Origin: Gammaproteobacteria bacterium
Lineage (GTDB): Bacteria > Pseudomonadota > Gammaproteobacteria > Steroidobacterales > Steroidobacteraceae
NCBI GenBank assembly: GCA_052389755.1
Contig: JBQTHP010000099.1
Coordinates: forward strand, 3,562-67,561
Direction of reading: 5' to 3'
Length of the DNA stretch: 64,000 nucleotides
This document shows, in pieces, positions 1-7,982 of the stretch; position 1 is the stretch's first letter; the number at the start of each line of letters is the position of its first letter. The notes under the pieces were generated by a model. It did not search any database and was not told where the DNA came from. It saw nothing but the letters and a program-made list of their open reading frames with translations. Both the position numbers and the translations under genes were made by a program.

Positions 1-1
1 G

Positions 2-106
2 CGTGCATTGATGCATCGGTTTCCGTTCGGAATCTTCTATCAACTTGATGATGCCGGCGTAGTAGCGCGCTCCCATCTGTGCGGGGGCGAGGGGACGAAC
101 AAGTAG
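2..106 (+). CDS. RelE/ParE-like toxin, C-terminal fragment (gene runs off the left edge)
   Basis: Frame +2 reads RALMHRFPFGIFYQLDDAGVVARSHLCGGEGTNK, then TAG at 104-106. RFPxxIFY followed by an acidic turn and VV is the usual C-terminal core of ParE/RelE toxins. Only 34 codons are visible and the tail is atypical. Confidence 0.3.
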   Translation, partial: RALMHRFPFGIFYQLDDAGVVARSHLCGGEGTNK

Positions 107-108
107 CG

Positions 109-1149
109 CTACGCGGACACCGCCTCGTGAACCGTCGGCACGCGCGGCTTCAGCAGCGAGCGCGACTCGAGCACTTCGCGCATCGTCGTGAACTGAAACT
201 CCCCGAGCAGTCGTTTCAGCCGGCTCTCGAAGCGATGCAGGTTGGTGTAGTGCCGGAATCGCGGCACGGGGCCGACGCGCACGCGCGGCTGAGCGGGATC
301 GATCTCCCAGGGATGCATGTAGAAGACGAAGGGCCGGTGCTGCCGTGAGTTGATGCGTTGCAGCCCGGCCCGTGAGAGCCAGTACGGGAAGATCCTGAAA
401 TAGCCCCCTCCGCTCACCGGGAGCTGCAGCCCGAAGTAGTCGGCCGCTGCCATCGGAAACTCGACGATCGCGCGACCCGAAGGCGCGGTGATCGTGCCAT
501 GTTCCTTCGCGGCGCCCGGAATGCCGTAGCGATCGTGGCGGATCGGAAATACGGATGAGTCGTACTCGAACCCGAGATCGATGAGCACGTCGAGCGCCCA
601 GAGAGACTCGCGAGTGATCGAGAAGCTCGCGGCGCGATAGCCGATGACCGGCGCGCCGACGAGATCCTCGAGCTGATGCTTCGCACGCTCGGTCTCGATG
701 CGAAACGCATCGGGCGACTGCAGATAGATGAGCTCGTGCGCGAAGCCGTGGCTTGCGATCTCGTGTCCGGCGGCGGCGATGCGTTTCACGAGTCCCGGGG
801 ACTTCTCTGCGATCCAGCCTAGAACGAAGAATGTGCCGTGCACGCCGCGCTCGGCGAGCAGGCTCAGCACGCGATCGGTGTTGCGCTCGGCGCGGTACTC
901 GCGGGTCGCCCAACTCTCGCGCGTGATCGCCGGCGCGAGCGCGGAGACCTGGAAGTAGTCTTCCACGTCCACCGTGAATGCATTGACGATCCCGCTCAAT
1001 CTTGTAAACCGCGCAGGATTCGAGTTATTCGAGGCGAGCCTGCTCGCGAGGACTATATCCATTAGCCGCAGCGCGGCAAAGACGCCGCGCGCCCTGAGGC
1101 GCCCTTGCCAGCGTCTTGGGCCTTGTAAATACCCCGGCCACCGGCGCAT
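109..1149 (-). CDS. polysaccharide deacetylase, PEP-CTERM/XrtA-locus subfamily
   Basis: 346-aa ORF with the NAFTVDVEDYFQVSA block, HGFAHE and MHPWEID motifs. These fit the NodB-fold deacetylase that accompanies exosortase A loci (TIGR03006-like, from memory). An alternative ATG at 1062 would remove an Arg-rich leader. Confidence 0.85.
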   Translation of the reverse strand: MRRWPGYLQGPRRWQGRLRARGVFAALRLMDIVLASRLASNNSNPARFTRLSGIVNAFTVDVEDYFQVSALAPAITRESWATREYRAERNTDRVLSLLAERGVHGTFFVLGWIAEKSPGLVKRIAAAGHEIASHGFAHELIYLQSPDAFRIETERAKHQLEDLVGAPVIGYRAASFSITRESLWALDVLIDLGFEYDSSVFPIRHDRYGIPGAAKEHGTITAPSGRAIVEFPMAAADYFGLQLPVSGGGYFRIFPYWLSRAGLQRINSRQHRPFVFYMHPWEIDPAQPRVRVGPVPRFRHYTNLHRFESRLKRLLGEFQFTTMREVLESRSLLKPRVPTVHEAVSA

Positions 1150-1287
1150 ATTGGTCCAGCCCGGTCCTATTTCGACAAGTAATTCGCTGGGCTACAGGTC
1201 TTGCTTGAGCCTCTTTCGAAGCGGCGCGGTCGCACCGATACGAAAATTTAACGAAAGGGGGCTAGAACGCTGAGCAGTCAGGGCGCA

Positions 1288-1329
1288 GGGAATGCGCTTT
1301 GCTAGTGAGGGAATGCGCTTTGCTAGTGG
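1288..1329 (+). repeat. tandem direct duplication (2 x 21 bp); each unit carries a sigma-54-like -24/-12 element
   Basis: GGGAATGCGCTTTGCTAGTGA (1288-1308) is followed directly by GGGAATGCGCTTTGCTAGTGG (1309-1329). In each unit GG and GC are spaced exactly as in TGGCACG-N4-TTGCW, and the -12 TTGCT is perfect. Confidence 0.6.
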
Positions 1330-1337
1330 AGGCCACG

Positions 1338-2063
1338 ATGGCGCGTGAAGCGAAACCCGGTCTTTCAGATACGGGGCTGCAGCGGCTGCTGCGGCGGATC
1401 GTTCCTGATTCGCGGGCGGACGCGAAGGACACGCACCGCCAGCTGATGGAGGAATCCGAACGGCGGCTCGCTGTTGCGGCCGCTTCGGGTGACGCTGCCG
1501 AGAAGCTGGTGGCAACACGAATCCTCGGTTGTCCACACGAATTCCAGCGCTGGGAAGAAGAGCATGGGCTCATGATGCAGCGCGTGACCGACCAGCGCGG
1601 CGCCGAGGCGCAGAAGGCCGCGCTCCTGTCGGCGGCGCTGGCGCTCATCCATCGCAAGGCGCTCTTCGAGTACGTGCGCGATGAGCACGTCTGCGGCGGC
1701 GATCGCCAGCGACTGCTCGCCCATTTTCACGGCGGCAACGATTACGCGGGGTCGTTCATCCAGGAGCACGCGAACTATCTTCGCAGCGCGGCGAGCTACC
1801 TGTGCGTGTGCTATCTCGGGCAGCAGGTCATGCACGAGCCCGCCTTCGACGAGCCCCTCGCTCGGTACGAAGAGGTGTACGCCGAGTATTTCGGCCTGTT
1901 CTGCGAGGTGACGCTGGTTGGCGAAAAAGACGAGGCAGCGAATCACTCGCGTTCGTTGCTCATCCCCCTGAAGCAGCAGGTGAACGAGCTGCGCGGCGAG
2001 ATCCTGGGAACCGCCGCCGCGCGATCCGGGACCTGGAGGAAGCTGTCGGCCGGGGCCCCGTAA
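1338..2063 (+). CDS. hypothetical cytoplasmic protein (no family recognised)
   Basis: ATG at 1338 is preceded by GGAGG (1327-1331). 241 aa, with no signal peptide or TM segment, and a helical-looking composition. The ORF-track start at 1299 lies inside the tandem repeat and lacks an SD. Confidence 0.6.
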   Translation: MAREAKPGLSDTGLQRLLRRIVPDSRADAKDTHRQLMEESERRLAVAAASGDAAEKLVATRILGCPHEFQRWEEEHGLMMQRVTDQRGAEAQKAALLSAALALIHRKALFEYVRDEHVCGGDRQRLLAHFHGGNDYAGSFIQEHANYLRSAASYLCVCYLGQQVMHEPAFDEPLARYEEVYAEYFGLFCEVTLVGEKDEAANHSRSLLIPLKQQVNELRGEILGTAAARSGTWRKLSAGAP

Positions 2064-2392
2064 GCGTTCGAGCTCGCCCCGACGAGGTCGTCATGCGCCG
2101 CTGATGGGCCGTGTCGGGTGCGTTTACAGGTGAGGGTAACGTCCGACCCGCGGCCGAACCGCTTTTCAGACGCGGCAAGCGCGGCCGCATCCAACACGAA
2201 TGACAGCAATTTTAGCTGCAATGCGGGAAGTGTCGCGCGCGCGTGCGACCGACACTCATAGATGGTCGAGGCACGAATCACGGTACGTCCGAACAATATG
2301 TGACCGACGTCACGTCGATGACTTTGACGCTCGCCTTTGACCATAATTGTGCACGTGCAGCAAGCCCATGATTCTCAAGCCGGAACTCAAGG

Positions 2393-2408
2393 TGGTACGC
2401 CCGTTGCT
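2393..2408 (+). promoter_or_regulatory. sigma-54 (RpoN) -24/-12 promoter for the first PEP-CTERM gene
   Basis: TGGTACGCCCGTTGCT versus consensus TGGCACG-N4-TTGCW: one mismatch outside N4 and correct GG/GC spacing. It lies 35 nt upstream of the GTG at 2443. A GAFTGA-type activator (prsR) is encoded in the window. Confidence 0.7.
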
Positions 2409-2442
2409 TTGCGTAACGGGACCACGCACGAAAAGGAAAAAC

Positions 2443-3246
2443 GTGAAGAAGCTGACGACACTCGCATTTCTCGCCGGTGCCTTGGCCGGTGGCACCGCCT
2501 CGGCGACGATCATCGAGGGGGACAGTCTGCAGAACCTGCTCACGGAGGCAGGCGCGAACGTCAACGTCCACACCGATCAGTACCAGCCGGATGAGTGGTG
2601 GGTGCTTGGCGCCGCGAGAGGCGGCGTTGCCGAACTGATTTTCGAGCTGGCCGGCTTTGCGAACGAGACCGGTTTCGGCGTCTACGACATCCTCAACCCG
2701 GAGAGGCGACTCACCATCTTCTCCGGTCCGAATGAAGCGGGCGACCACGGCGCGCTGCGAATCCGGAACGATGAGACGAACGAGTTTTGTGCCGGCCTGA
2801 TGTTCGGCTCGAGCTCGTGCGCAATATTCGGTTCGAGGATGTTTGGCTTCTTCCTCGACAGCCCGGACGGGCTCTTCTTTTCCGAGACGGAGCTGAATCC
2901 GTACGGATTCGATCACCTGGTCGCCTTTCAGGGCGGCGAGGGGCGCGGCTCCATCAACGGATACGAGTGGCTGGCGAACGAGTTCGTCCTCGCGTGGGAG
3001 GATCTGCGCGGCGGCGGCGATCGCGACTATGACGATTTCGGCGTGATCGTCGAGTCGGTTCGCAGCGTTCCGGAACCCGCAACGCTCGCGCTGTTGGGCA
3101 TGGGACTCATCGGCATGGCATTCTTCGCCCGCCGAAACGATTTCGCAGGCTTGCAGCGGCGCGCGCCGACGCTTTCCCGTCCCACAGGTCGGGACGCCGT
3201 CCGCGCGGCCAGCGACCCTGCAGAGCCTCGCGCGCGCAGCGCGTGA
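2443..3246 (+). CDS. PEP-CTERM sorting-domain protein with a DUF4114-like domain and an unusual C-terminal extension
   Basis: GTG start follows AAGGA (2433-2437). Signal peptide is VKKLTTLAFLAGALAGGTASA. The block WEDLRGGGDRDYDDFGVIVESV resembles DUF4114. PEP-CTERM motif VPEPATLALLGMGLIGMAFFARR (3067-3135) is followed by 36 extra codons before TGA. Confidence 0.85.
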   Translation: MKKLTTLAFLAGALAGGTASATIIEGDSLQNLLTEAGANVNVHTDQYQPDEWWVLGAARGGVAELIFELAGFANETGFGVYDILNPERRLTIFSGPNEAGDHGALRIRNDETNEFCAGLMFGSSSCAIFGSRMFGFFLDSPDGLFFSETELNPYGFDHLVAFQGGEGRGSINGYEWLANEFVLAWEDLRGGGDRDYDDFGVIVESVRSVPEPATLALLGMGLIGMAFFARRNDFAGLQRRAPTLSRPTGRDAVRAASDPAEPRARSA

Positions 3247-4219
3247 CGTCGGCCGCAGTGATCAGGCGGTTCGTGCCCTCCGTAATCGTGATCGGCCGCT
3301 CCGTATTCTCCCGCAGCGTCGCGCAAGGGATTCCGAGATATGTCGTCTCCTCCTGCACGCCGCCCGAATCCGTGATCGCGATCGCGCAGGTAGCTACGAG
3401 ATTCATGAACTCGGTATAGCCGAGCGGTTCCGTGAGATGCAGACGAGATGCCGCGCGCATCCGATCGAGCAACCCGAACTCCTCCAGACGCTTGCGCGTG
3501 CGCGGGTGAAGCGCGAAAACCACGTCGAGCTCACGAGACATCTGCACGAGGCTCTCCACCAACTCCTCCAGCTTGTCGCGCTGATCCACGTTCGACGGCC
3601 GATGCAGCGTTACCACTCCGTACGGCTTCCCCGCGAGACCGAAACGCTGCCGTATGCGGCTCGCCTGGATCCGCTCCCGGAGCATCTCGAACGAATCGAT
3701 CATGATGTTGCCGATGCGATCGATGCGCGAGCGGGGAATCCCCTCCGCGACGAGGTTCTCGTCGGCATCGGGCGATGGCGTCCAGAGCAGATCAGCAATG
3801 GCGTCCGTGACGAGCCGATTGATTTCTTCCGGCATCGTGCGATCGCGGCTACGCAATCCGGCCTCAAGGTGAACCACCGGAATCCAGAGTTTCGCTCCCA
3901 CCAGAGCGCATGCCGCGGTCGCGTTGACGTCGCCGACGACGACGATGACATCCGGCGGCCCCGCCAGGCAGACGGCTTCGTAAGCGATCATCGTCCGGCC
4001 GGTCTGTTCCGCATGCGTGCCGCTGCCGATCTCGAGGTGGTGCTTCGGCTCGGGTAGCCGCAGGTCCCTGAAGAAGGCCTCGGACATGTTCGCGTCGTAG
4101 TGCTGACCCGTGTGGATGATGCTCGGCGTACACCATTGCTCGTCGACGAGCGCGTGGAAGAGCGGCGCGACTTTCATGAAATTCGGGCGCGCCGCCGCGA
4201 TCAGGTGTATCTGCTTCAA
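3107..4219 (-). CDS. wecB: UDP-N-acetylglucosamine 2-epimerase (non-hydrolysing)
   Basis: 370 aa starting MKQIHLIAAARPNFMKVAPLF, with HTGQHYD, VVGDVNATAA and DSGGVQEETTYLGIPC blocks typical of WecB/MnaA. The 3' 140 nt overlap the convergent PEP-CTERM gene. Confidence 0.9.
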   Translation of the reverse strand: MKQIHLIAAARPNFMKVAPLFHALVDEQWCTPSIIHTGQHYDANMSEAFFRDLRLPEPKHHLEIGSGTHAEQTGRTMIAYEAVCLAGPPDVIVVVGDVNATAACALVGAKLWIPVVHLEAGLRSRDRTMPEEINRLVTDAIADLLWTPSPDADENLVAEGIPRSRIDRIGNIMIDSFEMLRERIQASRIRQRFGLAGKPYGVVTLHRPSNVDQRDKLEELVESLVQMSRELDVVFALHPRTRKRLEEFGLLDRMRAASRLHLTEPLGYTEFMNLVATCAIAITDSGGVQEETTYLGIPCATLRENTERPITITEGTNRLITAADVTRCAREALQGRWPRGRRPDLWDGKASARAAASLRNRFGGRRMPCR

Positions 4220-4332
4220 GTTCTTCAGGTTGGGTTTTGGGCGATTGCGGACGGGTGGAAACCGTCAAATTCATTTTACAGGTGCTGTTTCCCGACTTCG
4301 CAGTTCTAAATGAATTCAATCAATTATGTGCA

Positions 4333-4348
4333 CGGCACGCAACGTGCA
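4333..4348 (+). promoter_or_regulatory. sigma-54 (RpoN) -24/-12 promoter for the second PEP-CTERM gene
   Basis: CGGCACGCAACGTGCA: GGCACG is perfect and -12 is GTGCA (one mismatch to TTGCA), with correct spacing. It lies 50 nt upstream of the ATG at 4399. Confidence 0.7.
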
Positions 4349-4398
4349 TGGAAGTGTCCCGTTTGCGTGATTCGTCAAAAATTCCAAGGAGAATAATT

Positions 4399-4941
4399 AT
4401 GCGTCGGGTCTTACTTGCACTCGTTGCAGTGGGTTGGGCGGCCGGAGCGCAGGCGCTTCCGGTGAACGTCCCGGTCCCCGGCAACGCCTTTATCAACTTC
4501 AACGGCCTCGACTGGGCCTGGGCTGCACCTTGCAACCCCGTGGAACCCAGTTGCGGCGTCATTGATCTGAGCTTCCAGTCGCAGTTCGGCTGGCGCCTGC
4601 CGAGCGCTTCCGAAATTCTGCTGCATCCGGCTGCGACGGACTTCGTGTTCGCCGGCGCCAATGTGCCTCTCGGCGGCTCGGATGCAAACGGCGCGCACTT
4701 CCAGTTCGGTTCTCCGGGTGGGGCTGCGGCTTGCGCTGCGCCGTACTTCAGCGTGGCCCATTTCCATTGCGATTGGGGCAACGGCGACTCCGGGCTCTGG
4801 GCCGGCCTGCCGGGCACCCAGTCGTTCTGGGAAGCACTGGTCGTTCGCGACGGTCAGGTTCCCGAGCCGGGTTCTCTGGCACTCTTCGGTTTGGGCCTCG
4901 TAGCGCTGGGACTCATTCGGCGTCGCGCGCGCACGCAGTAG
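4399..4941 (+). CDS. PEP-CTERM sorting-domain protein (small secreted cargo)
   Basis: AAGGAG (4386-4391) precedes the ATG at 4399. Signal peptide is MRRVLLALVAVGWAAGAQA. The terminal VPEPGSLALFGLGLVALGLIRRRARTQ is a textbook PEP-CTERM domain at the extreme C-terminus. Confidence 0.9.
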   Translation: MRRVLLALVAVGWAAGAQALPVNVPVPGNAFINFNGLDWAWAAPCNPVEPSCGVIDLSFQSQFGWRLPSASEILLHPAATDFVFAGANVPLGGSDANGAHFQFGSPGGAAACAAPYFSVAHFHCDWGNGDSGLWAGLPGTQSFWEALVVRDGQVPEPGSLALFGLGLVALGLIRRRARTQ

Positions 4942-4957
4942 TTCAAACAGAACGTCC

Positions 4958-7807
4958 TTAACGCTCACTCGACGGCACGTCTCGCGACGTGCCGTCTTGT
5001 TTTGTGCGCATCGATTCGAGCAGCGCGCGCACGTCGCCCGAACTGGAGAAGGGTGGCGCGGAGTGCACGAGGGCTTCAAGGTGCGTGCGCGCTTCCTCCT
5101 TCGAGCCAGACCTCAAGAGCGCGACTGCCAGGTGATACTGCACTTCGCTGTTGCCCGAAGCCGCGGAGTGCGCGGCCTTCAGCACGGGGACAGCCTCCTG
5201 GTGCTTGCCGGACTGAACGAGAGCCCAGCCGTATGTGTCGGCGACCTCGGGAACCTTCGGACTGGCGGCGTAGGCGTTCTTCGCCAGTGCAAGTGCGGAG
5301 CCGATGTCGCCGGATTCGAGTTTCAGCCACGCGAGGTTGTTCTGCGCCACGGCGTGGCCCGGCGTCTGCCTGAGAATCGTCTCATACTCGCCGATCGCCG
5401 CGATTCGATTCCCGCTGTCCTGAAAGTCTTGCGCGAGCATCAGACGGACGCTCACGTTATTCGGGTCGCGGTCGAGCCACGTACGCAGGGGTTCCTGCCG
5501 CTCGGGCGCACGCATCGCGCGCCTTGCGGCGTATTCCTTGAGTGCGAGCACCGGCGTCGGCGTTGCGGCGTTGGCGGTCGCGTACAGGCGCGCGGCGTCC
5601 GCGTATGCACCCCTGCGCATTGCGAGATCGGCCTCGAGAATCTGCACGACTGAATTGGGAGCCTGGGCCTTGCGAAGACGTCCGAGATGCTCCGCGGCTC
5701 CGGCGAGATCGCCTGCGTCGATCGAAATGGTGGTTTCGAACACCAGTGCGGGCCAGTAATTCGGATCAGCCTTCAGAGCCCGTGTGTTGGCCTCCCTGGC
5801 GTCCGGCATGCGGTCGTCCATGAGGTAGGCGCGCGCCAACGCGGCAAGAAGAGTCGCCTGGTTGGGAAGCTCGCCCACCAGATCCTCGAACATCGCTGTC
5901 GCTTCGGTGGCCTGTCGCTGCGCGAGTAAGGCGAGACCCGTCAGCGCCCGAACTTCCGGATCCTTCGGCCTGAGTTTGCGCGCCTCGGCGAGTGCTGCAG
6001 ACGCCAGCCCTACGTCGCCGCGGGACAGATACAGGCGAGCGAGGCTGATTCGGGGTTGCACGGCGCTTGCAGATATGCGGCGTGCCTTTTCGAAATGCTG
6101 AATGGCAGAGTCAATATCACGGTCCGCCGCCGCCCCGTGAGCCTTTCCCATCAACGCAGCCAGATTATCGGCGTCGAGCCGCAGCGCGCGGTCGAAAGCA
6201 GCCGACGCGGCTGCGCGATCTCCGCTTGTCCATTCGAGCAGCCCCAGCGCGACCCAGGCGCGGGCCTCGTCGGGCGTCAGTTGCGTCACCTGGGTCACGA
6301 GCGCTCGCGCACCAGCCGCGTCTTTTGCCACCAGCAGACCGCGAGCGGCAACCAGCAGTCCCTCGTCGTCTTTGGGATGAGCTGCCGCAAACGCGCGCGC
6401 TTCCGAGATTGCTTCTTCGCGGCGATCGGTCGCGAGCAACGCCGTGAGGAATAACATCTCTCGGCGGTGCAACGACGCGTCGTCAGCGGGCAAAGCTCTC
6501 AGGAGTGTCAAGGCGTCCGCCGCACGCCCCCCGACGAGGTATGCCGCAGCCAGATCGAGCGTTCGCGACGCGTCGTCTGGCGCAGTCTGTCGGCCGCGCT
6601 TGAAGTAGTCGATCGCGGTGGCGAAATCGCCCAGCAGCACGTTCGCTCGGCCCGCCAAGGCGAGCAGATCGGGATCGACAGCCGTCGCTGGCGTGCCGAG
6701 CGACTGCAGCGCCTCATCCGGCCGGTTCTGCCTCAGTTGTACGTCGGCGAGCAGCTTGCGGGCGACGAGACTGTCCGGGCTTGCGCTCACCGCCCCCTCG
6801 AGGTGCACCTCGGCCTGAGCGAGGTTGCCCTGCGCCGCGGCAACCGCGCCCATCAGCAGATTGCCCTGTCGGCTTTCGGGAGTGCGGCTCAGTAATTGCT
6901 GCAGGGCTGTCTGAGCCTCGTCCAAACGACTGCGCTTGATCGCCAGCCGCGCCTTGAGTGTGAGCACCGGCCCAGCGTTCGGCGAGAGCTTTTCGGCCGC
7001 CTCCAGGCGGCGCTCGGCCGATTCCAGCTGATTCAGCGCGAGCTCGGTCTCACCCAACGCAACGAGCACCACGACTTCGCTGCCGGAGCGCTTGGAGCGT
7101 TGTGCGAGCGCGAGCGCCTTCGTAAAGCTGCTGCGCGCGAGCTCGAGTTGACCCGCTCGGGCGTGCCACGAGCCCATCACGACTTGTGCGTCGAGATGCT
7201 CGGGAGCCAGCTCAACCGCTTTGTCCAGCTGTGCTTTCGCGGCTCCCGAATCCCCGAGCTCATCCAGCGCGGAGACGAGACCCAGGCGCGAGGCGGTATC
7301 GGCCGGACTCCTGGCGATCGCATCCTCGAACTCGACCCGCGCATCGGAGAACCGCCGCAGCCCGAGCAGTGCCTGCCCGCGAAGTTGCAGCGCTGTAGTG
7401 TCGGGGCTCTCGGCAAGCTTCGGATCCGAAAGCTGCTCGAGAGCTGCTTGAAATTTGCCTTGCCCCACAAGGCTTTGAGCGACCGGCAGGGTCAGGAGCT
7501 CCGGGGCCGTCCCCAGCTCCCGCGCCTTGCGCAATTCGATCTCGGCCGACTCGAACTCGCCGTTGCCCAGCAGCGCCTGCGCGAACTGCAGACGGAACTG
7601 TGCATTCTGCGGCTCATCGCGCACGAGGTTTCTCAGATCGACGAGCGCCGCCCGATAGTCGCCCGCCTCGAAACTGGCCTCGACTCGTGCAACCCGGGAT
7701 TCGCGGTCGGAGCCGAGGCCGCAACCGAACAGAACAGTCGCCATGGCACACGCAGCCACAACGCTCGATTGATGACCCCATGCCTGGAGCCGTGTGAGAG
7801 CACGCAT
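4958..7807 (-). CDS. prsT: PEP-CTERM system TPR-repeat lipoprotein PrsT
   Basis: 949 aa made almost entirely of TPR repeats. N-terminal lipobox VLFGC. Size, architecture and neighbourhood match TIGR02917-type PrsT. Confidence 0.85.
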   Translation of the reverse strand: MRALTRLQAWGHQSSVVAACAMATVLFGCGLGSDRESRVARVEASFEAGDYRAALVDLRNLVRDEPQNAQFRLQFAQALLGNGEFESAEIELRKARELGTAPELLTLPVAQSLVGQGKFQAALEQLSDPKLAESPDTTALQLRGQALLGLRRFSDARVEFEDAIARSPADTASRLGLVSALDELGDSGAAKAQLDKAVELAPEHLDAQVVMGSWHARAGQLELARSSFTKALALAQRSKRSGSEVVVLVALGETELALNQLESAERRLEAAEKLSPNAGPVLTLKARLAIKRSRLDEAQTALQQLLSRTPESRQGNLLMGAVAAAQGNLAQAEVHLEGAVSASPDSLVARKLLADVQLRQNRPDEALQSLGTPATAVDPDLLALAGRANVLLGDFATAIDYFKRGRQTAPDDASRTLDLAAAYLVGGRAADALTLLRALPADDASLHRREMLFLTALLATDRREEAISEARAFAAAHPKDDEGLLVAARGLLVAKDAAGARALVTQVTQLTPDEARAWVALGLLEWTSGDRAAASAAFDRALRLDADNLAALMGKAHGAAADRDIDSAIQHFEKARRISASAVQPRISLARLYLSRGDVGLASAALAEARKLRPKDPEVRALTGLALLAQRQATEATAMFEDLVGELPNQATLLAALARAYLMDDRMPDAREANTRALKADPNYWPALVFETTISIDAGDLAGAAEHLGRLRKAQAPNSVVQILEADLAMRRGAYADAARLYATANAATPTPVLALKEYAARRAMRAPERQEPLRTWLDRDPNNVSVRLMLAQDFQDSGNRIAAIGEYETILRQTPGHAVAQNNLAWLKLESGDIGSALALAKNAYAASPKVPEVADTYGWALVQSGKHQEAVPVLKAAHSAASGNSEVQYHLAVALLRSGSKEEARTHLEALVHSAPPFSSSGDVRALLESMRTKQDGTSRDVPSSER
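4971..5005 (+). terminator. Rho-independent terminator for the PEP-CTERM gene, embedded in the 3' coding end of prsT
   Basis: Perfect 11-bp stem GACGGCACGTC / GACGTGCCGTC with loop TCGC, followed by TTGTTTTGT on the + strand. It starts 30 nt after the stop at 4941. Confidence 0.65.
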
Positions 7808-7840
7808 CGGACCCCCCGCGCAGATTTTCTAGTTGGCGAC

Positions 7841-7915
7841 TGGTGGGCGGTACTGGGATTGAACCAGTGACCCCTGCCGTGTGAAAGCAGTGCTCTACCG
7901 CTGAGCTAACCGCCC
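7841..7915 (-). tRNA. tRNA-Val (anticodon CAC)
   Basis: The reverse complement folds as GGGCGGT-TA-GCTC-AGCGGTA-GAGC-A-CTGCT-TTCACAC-GGCAG-GGGTC-ACTGG-TTCAATC-CCAGT-ACCGCCC-A-CCA. This is a canonical cloverleaf with anticodon loop TT-CAC-AC and an encoded CCA. Confidence 0.92.
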
Positions 7916-7982
7916 GGTTCGCAAAGGCGGGCAAGTCTAGCGACCGTATTCCGGGCAGGCAATTGGTAACATGCGCGCCCCC

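Noticed and set aside
1-76. Minus-strand ORF starting at the ATG at 76 (MGARYYAGIIKLIEDSERKPMHQ...) running off the left edge
   Set aside because: It has a C-rich upstream context with no SD and no recognisable motif. The plus-strand frame gives a ParE/RelE-like motif, which is preferred, although neither reading is certain.
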